Below, one piece after another: positions 27,399 to 32,000 of a stretch of DNA of 32,000 nt. The DNA lies in contig NZ_JAGIOS010000002.1 of assembly GCF_017876815.1 (NCBI RefSeq), forward strand, positions 270,001 to 302,000, in the 5' to 3' direction. The DNA comes from Sinorhizobium meliloti. GTDB taxonomy: Bacteria > Pseudomonadota > Alphaproteobacteria > Rhizobiales > Rhizobiaceae. A model generated the notes under the pieces. It did no database searches. It was not told the DNA's origin and saw only the letters and a program-made list of their open reading frames with translations. Within the stretch, counting starts at the first letter, position 1. Each line of letters starts with the position of its first letter. A program made the position numbers and the translations under genes.

Positions 27399-27656
27399 AT
27401 GATCTTAGAATTCTGGATCCTGTGCGCCATTGTTACCGCCGTAGTCGCGGCGGTCAGAGGCGGTCATAGTCTGCTCTGGCTGCTGATCGGCTGTCTTCTC
27501 GGGCCGATCGGTATTCTGGCGGCGATCTTCGTGCCCTCGCTCAAATCGAGGGACCCCTCGGTTGCGGCGAAACGCCAGAGCGAGATCGACGAGCTGGCGA
27601 AGCCGCTTCGCGAAGGCGACACCAAGACCGTCTCCGCAAAGCCAAAGGATCGCTGA
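27399..27656 (+). CDS. Small two-TM membrane protein, unknown function
   Basis: 85-aa ORF, MILEFWILCAIVTAVVAAVRGGHSLLWLLIGCLLGPIGILAAIFVP, followed by a charged tail. It starts 19 nt after the exoI stop on the same strand. Confidence 0.6.
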   Translation: MILEFWILCAIVTAVVAAVRGGHSLLWLLIGCLLGPIGILAAIFVPSLKSRDPSVAAKRQSEIDELAKPLREGDTKTVSAKPKDR

Positions 27657-27680
27657 ATCACGATAATTTTAGGTCGCTAT

Positions 27681-27704
27681 CGGAGGACTGCAATCTCTCC
27701 TCCG
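27681..27704 (+). terminator. 7-bp hairpin immediately upstream of the (TC)n tract (possible terminator of the exoI-orf85 transcript)
   Basis: CGGAGGA (27681-27687) pairs with TCCTCCG (27698-27704) around a 10-nt loop. It is followed by CCCTTCA and then the pyrimidine tract (U/C-rich in RNA). Confidence 0.3.
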
Positions 27705-27708
27705 CCCT

Positions 27709-27787
<79 letters not shown>

Positions 27788-28000
27788 GCCAAGACATGGT
27801 CTGACTTGGTCCCTGTGACGAGCACAGGGTGAGGAAATCAAACAAGCCGGCGGGTATCCCGAATCTCAACAGGCCTCAGCCCCCAATATGCGCCCCAACC
27901 TTGCCGCATTTCGCCCGGAGCTTGCCTCAATCGCGGTCCATCCTCCAAGAAAACGCGCCCAACTTTGAAAATTCACAGTTGCGTCGTTCAACCGGCGATT

Positions 28001-28020
28001 GCCCCAAAATATTGCGGGGC
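28001..28020. promoter_or_regulatory. GCCCCAAAATATTGCGGGGC dyad upstream of exoH (candidate LuxR/ExpR-type box)
   Basis: CCCC-N10-GGGG with an A/T-rich centre, extended by flanking ATTGC...GCAAT (27998-28025). It is 246 nt upstream of the exoH ATG and has the same architecture as 4646-4663. Confidence 0.3.
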
Positions 28021-28266
28021 GCAATTTCTGCAACATGCCGCGAAACCGGGATTTTTCAGGAAAGCGGACCCCTTCCCGCGGCCGTCGGTTTTTGCGGGAG
28101 CTCGCGGTTTAGGTGCAATGCAGCATGATTCTGTTCGCTTTTCTGCTGCAACGCCATATTTTTTCTTCGGGAGTGCCCTAGTTTCTCTTCCTGCGGGCTG
28201 AGGTCTGCTCTGTTGAAACGGCTGCCGCGAGGCGCTGCCCGATAGGGAGTGACTGAAATCGTGAGT

Positions 28267-29379
28267 ATGGACGCGAATGTCTCGGCGCGCATCAACCTGA
28301 TGCGTATTCTGCTGATCTCCGGCATCGTATTCGTGCACGTCCCGTACAATCCGCAGTGGAGTCCCTTTCTGGGCAACTACGGCATGTTGGACTGGCTTCG
28401 CGTCTTTCTCGGCGAAAGCCTGTTCCGGATCGGTGTGCCCTGCCTCAGCGCGATCTCCGGCTATCTTCTCTTTCGCAGAGGCCTTGCCGATTTCGACTAT
28501 TGGAAGACGCTGAAGACCAAGGCGCGGACCGTTCTCCTGCCGTTCCTTATCTGGAGCGGCTCCTTCTTTGTGGTCGTCTACGCCATTCAGCGCCACGGCC
28601 TCGGCTTCGGCTATCTGCCCGACACGATCAATGCGACCCCGCGCCAGTGGCTGAGCATGGCCTTCGCGGTCGAGGCAACGCCCGTCAACCTGCCCCTGTA
28701 TTTCCTGCGCGACCTCATGCTCTGTATCCTGCTGTCGCCGCTTCTGGCTTTGCTGGTGAGCCGTTATCCGCGCGTAACGCTCCTTGCACTGCTCGCCTAT
28801 GCGATTCTGCCGCTGCCAAACGGAATCTTTCTCAAGAAGTCGATCCTGTTCGGCTTCTCGGCTGGAATCTATGCGAGCCTGCATGGCGTGAACATCAAAA
28901 TGCTCGATCGCTTCGCGGCACCGATCGCGGCCGGGTTCCTCGCGATCGCAGTCGTGATCGCCGTCGGCCTCTATTACACCGGCCCGGATTTCCCGCTTTG
29001 GCTCGACATGGCACTTCGCCTGACGTCGATTGCGGGCATCATCGGCTCCTGGGCGATCTCGGAGCTGCTCGTGCGCACGCGCTTCGGTGAAAAATTGGGT
29101 CGCGGGAGCGGACTGAGCTTCTGGATCTTCTGCGGCCACTATCCGCTGCTCGTGTTGTTCTGGATGATCTGGAACCGCACCGGGCTCAGCTATTATCCGC
29201 TCTTTTATTTCACCGCGCCGTTCATCGCCATTGCGATCCTCGTCGCGTCCCACAATCTCGTACGGCGCTTGGCGCCGGACCTGCTCGCAGTGCTTACCGG
29301 CAGCCGAACAGGTGCGAAACGAATGGCCACGCAGCCGCCGCAAGGCGCGCAGGCAGGCTATTCGCCCCAGCAAAGGTAA
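28267..29379 (+). CDS. exoH: Membrane acyltransferase_3 family protein (succinoglycan succinyltransferase)
   Basis: The ATG at 28267 (MDANVSARINLMRILLISGIVFVHVPY...) gives 370 aa, polytopic. In-frame GTG alternatives exist at 28249 and 28261, and AGGGAG lies at 28244-28249. Confidence 0.88.
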   Translation: MDANVSARINLMRILLISGIVFVHVPYNPQWSPFLGNYGMLDWLRVFLGESLFRIGVPCLSAISGYLLFRRGLADFDYWKTLKTKARTVLLPFLIWSGSFFVVVYAIQRHGLGFGYLPDTINATPRQWLSMAFAVEATPVNLPLYFLRDLMLCILLSPLLALLVSRYPRVTLLALLAYAILPLPNGIFLKKSILFGFSAGIYASLHGVNIKMLDRFAAPIAAGFLAIAVVIAVGLYYTGPDFPLWLDMALRLTSIAGIIGSWAISELLVRTRFGEKLGRGSGLSFWIFCGHYPLLVLFWMIWNRTGLSYYPLFYFTAPFIAIAILVASHNLVRRLAPDLLAVLTGSRTGAKRMATQPPQGAQAGYSPQQR

Positions 29380-29384
29380 CGACA

Positions 29385-30194
29385 ATGACAATCGATCGCT
29401 ACAGACGCTTTGCCCGTCTCGCTTTCATCGCAACGCTCCCTCTCGCCGGCCTCGCGACCGCGGCGGCCGCGCAGGAAGGCGCCAACGGCAAGTCCTTCAA
29501 GGACGATTTCGACACCCTCGACACCCGCGTCTGGTTCGTCTCGGACGGATGGAACAATGGCGGGCATCAGAATTGCACCTGGTCGAAGAAGCAGGTGAAG
29601 ACCGTCGATGGCATTCTGGAGCTGACCTTCGAGGAGAAGAAGGTAAAGGAGCGCAACTTCGCCTGCGGCGAAATCCAGACGCGCAAGCGCTTCGGCTACG
29701 GCACCTACGAGGCGCGGATAAAGGCGGCCGACGGTTCCGGCCTGAACTCGGCCTTCTTCACCTATATCGGCCCCGCCGACAAGAAACCGCATGACGAGAT
29801 CGATTTCGAGGTTCTCGGAAAGAACACCGCGAAGGTCCAGATCAACCAGTATGTATCGGCAAAGGGCGGCAACGAATTTCTCGCCGACGTTCCGGGCGGC
29901 GCCAACCAGGGTTTCAACGATTACGCATTCGTCTGGGAAAAGAACCGCATCCGGTACTACGTCAACGGCGAACTGGTTCACGAAGTGACCGATCCGGCGA
30001 AGATCCCGGTAAACGCCCAGAAGATCTTCTTCAGCCTCTGGGGTACGGACACGCTCACCGACTGGATGGGCACCTTCTCCTACAAGGAGCCGACAAAGCT
30101 CCAGGTCGATCGAGTCGCCTTCACGGCTGCCGGCGACGAATGCCAGTTCGCCGAGTCGGTCGCCTGCCAGCTGGAGCGGGCGCAATCCGAGTGA
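29385..30194 (+). CDS. exoK: Sec-exported GH16 endo-1,3-1,4-beta-glucanase (succinoglycan depolymerase)
   Basis: 269-aa ORF with signal peptide MTIDRYRRFARLAFIATLPLAGLATAAAAQ. The GH16 catalytic motif EIDFEVLG is present, and the sequence is lichenase-like throughout. Confidence 0.93.
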   Translation: MTIDRYRRFARLAFIATLPLAGLATAAAAQEGANGKSFKDDFDTLDTRVWFVSDGWNNGGHQNCTWSKKQVKTVDGILELTFEEKKVKERNFACGEIQTRKRFGYGTYEARIKAADGSGLNSAFFTYIGPADKKPHDEIDFEVLGKNTAKVQINQYVSAKGGNEFLADVPGGANQGFNDYAFVWEKNRIRYYVNGELVHEVTDPAKIPVNAQKIFFSLWGTDTLTDWMGTFSYKEPTKLQVDRVAFTAAGDECQFAESVACQLERAQSE

Positions 30195-30289
30195 ATGGCC
30201 GGTAACTGAGTAATTTATCCATTTTGTTGCAGTGCACAAAGAATTGAACTAAGCTCAGCCCCGGGCTGGGCAGGAAAACGGACGTTTTC

Positions 30290-31501
30290 ATGCTGCAGAT
30301 ACTCTATCTGGCACAGGATCTTGCCGATCCCGCAGTGCGCCGGAGAACCCTGACGCTCGTCGCGGGCGGCGCACGCGTGACGCTCGCCGGCTTCCGCCGC
30401 GGCGACAATCCGCTGGCGGCCATCGACGGCGTCGAGCCGATCGAACTCGGAACCACCGCCGACGGCCGTTTCGCCCAGCGAATCGGTGCCGTCGCCCGCG
30501 CGTGTCTGTCGCTGCAACGCCAGCTCGGCCATGTCCGCAAGCCCGATGTCATCATCGCCCGCAATCTGGAGATGCTTGCCGTGGCGAGGAGAGCGGTCGC
30601 GTTCTTCGGCGGCACGGTTCCCATCGTCTACGAATGCCTCGATATCCACCGCCTCATGCTGCGCAAGGATATCGTCGGGCGGATGCTGCGCGCGGCCGAA
30701 AGCCAACTCGGCAAGGATGCGCGCCTGTTGATCACCAGTTCCCCCGCTTTCATCGAGCACTATTTCCGGCCCCTTTCCGGCATCGGCGCTCCGCCGATGC
30801 TTCTGGAAAACAAGGTGCTCGAAATCGACGGCACGGTCGAGCGGCGTACGGCCTCACCGGCCGAGAGCCCGCCGCCCGGCGCACCCTGGAAGATCGGTTG
30901 GTTCGGAGCGCTTCGCTGCCGCAGATCGCTCGCCCTTCTCGCCGAATTCTCGCGCAAGATGGAGGGCCGCTTCGAGATCGTCCTGCGCGGCAGGCCCGCC
31001 TATTCCGAATTCGACGATTTCGACGGCTTCGTTCGCGACGAGCCCTTCATGCGGTTCGAAGGCGCCTATCGCAATCCTGAAGACCTGGCGGAAATATATG
31101 GCGAGGTCCACTTCACCTGGGCGATCGACTACTTCGAGGAGGGGCAGAATTCTGCCTGGCTGCTGCCGAACAGGCTTTACGAAGGCTGCCGCCACGGCCG
31201 AATCCCGATCGCCATGAAGGGGACGGAGACCGCTCGTTTCCTGTCCGTGCGGAGCATCGGCCTCGTTCTCGAGGGAGCCGACGTCGAGAGCCTCGCCACG
31301 GTTCTCGGTCCGCTGACGCCAAATTGCTATGCCGACGCCGCGGAGCGTATCAGCCGCTGCAATCCGGGATCCTGGGTGTTCGACCGGACGGATTGCGAAG
31401 CTCTGGTGCGGCAGCTGGCAACGCTCACGCTGCAGGCGCCGCAGACCGTTCCCGTAGTCGCGATGGCAGGTTCCAGCCACAAAGAAGGTGGATTTCTATG
31501 A
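30290..31501 (+). CDS. exoL: Glycosyltransferase (glucosyltransferase)
   Basis: 403-aa ORF, MLQILYLAQDLADPAVRRR.... The assignment rests on position between exoK and exoA and on size. Its stop overlaps the exoA start (ATGA). Confidence 0.85.
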   Translation: MLQILYLAQDLADPAVRRRTLTLVAGGARVTLAGFRRGDNPLAAIDGVEPIELGTTADGRFAQRIGAVARACLSLQRQLGHVRKPDVIIARNLEMLAVARRAVAFFGGTVPIVYECLDIHRLMLRKDIVGRMLRAAESQLGKDARLLITSSPAFIEHYFRPLSGIGAPPMLLENKVLEIDGTVERRTASPAESPPPGAPWKIGWFGALRCRRSLALLAEFSRKMEGRFEIVLRGRPAYSEFDDFDGFVRDEPFMRFEGAYRNPEDLAEIYGEVHFTWAIDYFEEGQNSAWLLPNRLYEGCRHGRIPIAMKGTETARFLSVRSIGLVLEGADVESLATVLGPLTPNCYADAAERISRCNPGSWVFDRTDCEALVRQLATLTLQAPQTVPVVAMAGSSHKEGGFL

Positions 31502-32000
31502 GCTCAGATGAATTGACGTCCACGTCGAGCCTTATCGTCATACCCTGTCTCAACGAGGCCTCGCATATCGAGGCGCTGATCGAAAAGCTGCGCCCGTCAC
31601 TCACACCGTTGAACGCGCGGGTCGTCATTGCCGACGGCGGCAGCACGGACGGAACACGGGAGATCGCCCGGCGCCTTGCCACTGAGGATCCACGGGTGCT
31701 CTTCCTCGACAATCCGAAGCGCATACAAAGCGCGGCGGTCAATCGTGCCGTCGCCGAACTCGGCGCCGGCAGCGACTACCTGATCCGCATCGACGCCCAC
31801 GGCACCTATCCGGACGATTATTGCGAGCGGCTTGTCGAGGATGCCTTGGCGACCGGCGCGGACTCGGTCGTGGTCGCCATGCAGACCGTCGGTTTCAGCA
31901 CCTTCCAGAAGGCAACGGCCTTCGCGCAGAACTCCAAGCTCGGCAATGGCGGTTCGAAGCACCGCACCGGTGCCGTCGGTCACTGGGCCGAGCACGGTCA
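31498..32000 (+). CDS. exoA: GT2-family glucosyltransferase; 5' part only (runs off the window)
   Basis: Not in the ORF track. My manual translation from ATG 31498 is MSSDELTSTSSLIVIPCLNEASHIEALIEKL...VVIADGGSTDGTREIARRLA...IRIDAHG...NGGSKHRTGAVGHWAEHG. It shows GT-A motifs and is open to the window end. Confidence 0.87.
   Translation, partial: MSSDELTSTSSLIVIPCLNEASHIEALIEKLRPSLTPLNARVVIADGGSTDGTREIARRLATEDPRVLFLDNPKRIQSAAVNRAVAELGAGSDYLIRIDAHGTYPDDYCERLVEDALATGADSVVVAMQTVGFSTFQKATAFAQNSKLGNGGSKHRTGAVGHWAEHG

Noticed and set aside
27988-29391. 467-aa minus-strand ORF
   Set aside because: It is antisense to exoH. It is charged and low-complexity, with no motifs, whereas the plus-strand frame gives a clean polytopic acyltransferase.

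Overview
This 32-kb, high-GC window looks like the exs/exo succinoglycan (EPS I) region of a Sinorhizobium/Ensifer meliloti-like pSymB-type replicon. I identified it from my own reading of the translated ORFs and from memory of the published S. meliloti gene order; no database search was possible. Left to right: a ribose-type sugar ABC transporter (permease truncated at the window edge, ATPase, divergent periplasmic binding protein); exsH (RTX-repeat GH16 glycanase); exsG-exsF (multi-PAS HWE histidine kinase plus single-domain response regulator); a small XRE-type HTH gene; exsE (SbmA/BacA-like ABC half-transporter); queE-queD-queC (= exsD/C/B); exsA (MsbA-like ABC exporter); then exoB, exoZ, exoQ, exoF, exoY, exoX, exoU, exoV, exoW, exoT, exoI, an 85-aa membrane ORF, exoH, exoK, exoL and the 5' part of exoA. 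I found no tRNA/rRNA genes, CRISPR arrays, transposases, integrases or prophage/defence-type genes. I do not see an undescribed multi-gene system; this is a well-studied biosynthetic locus. The feature the genes do not explain is a perfect (TC)37 dinucleotide microsatellite (27712-27785) in the intergenic region upstream of the exoH operon. Other points worth a second look: two similar CCCC-N10-GGGG dyads (exsH/exsG promoter region and upstream of exoH) that resemble LuxR/ExpR-type boxes; an 847-bp gene-free gap between the HTH gene and exsE; an ExsE nucleotide-binding domain that seems degenerate in three catalytic motifs; a preQ0-only queCDE module between two ABC transporter genes; a Staphylococcal-nuclease-like ExoI with apparently intact catalytic residues; and a 24-codon hydrophobic mini-ORF after exoT. 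Many long ORFs in the six-frame track are antisense or out-of-frame shadows of real genes, as is typical of high-GC DNA, and were rejected.
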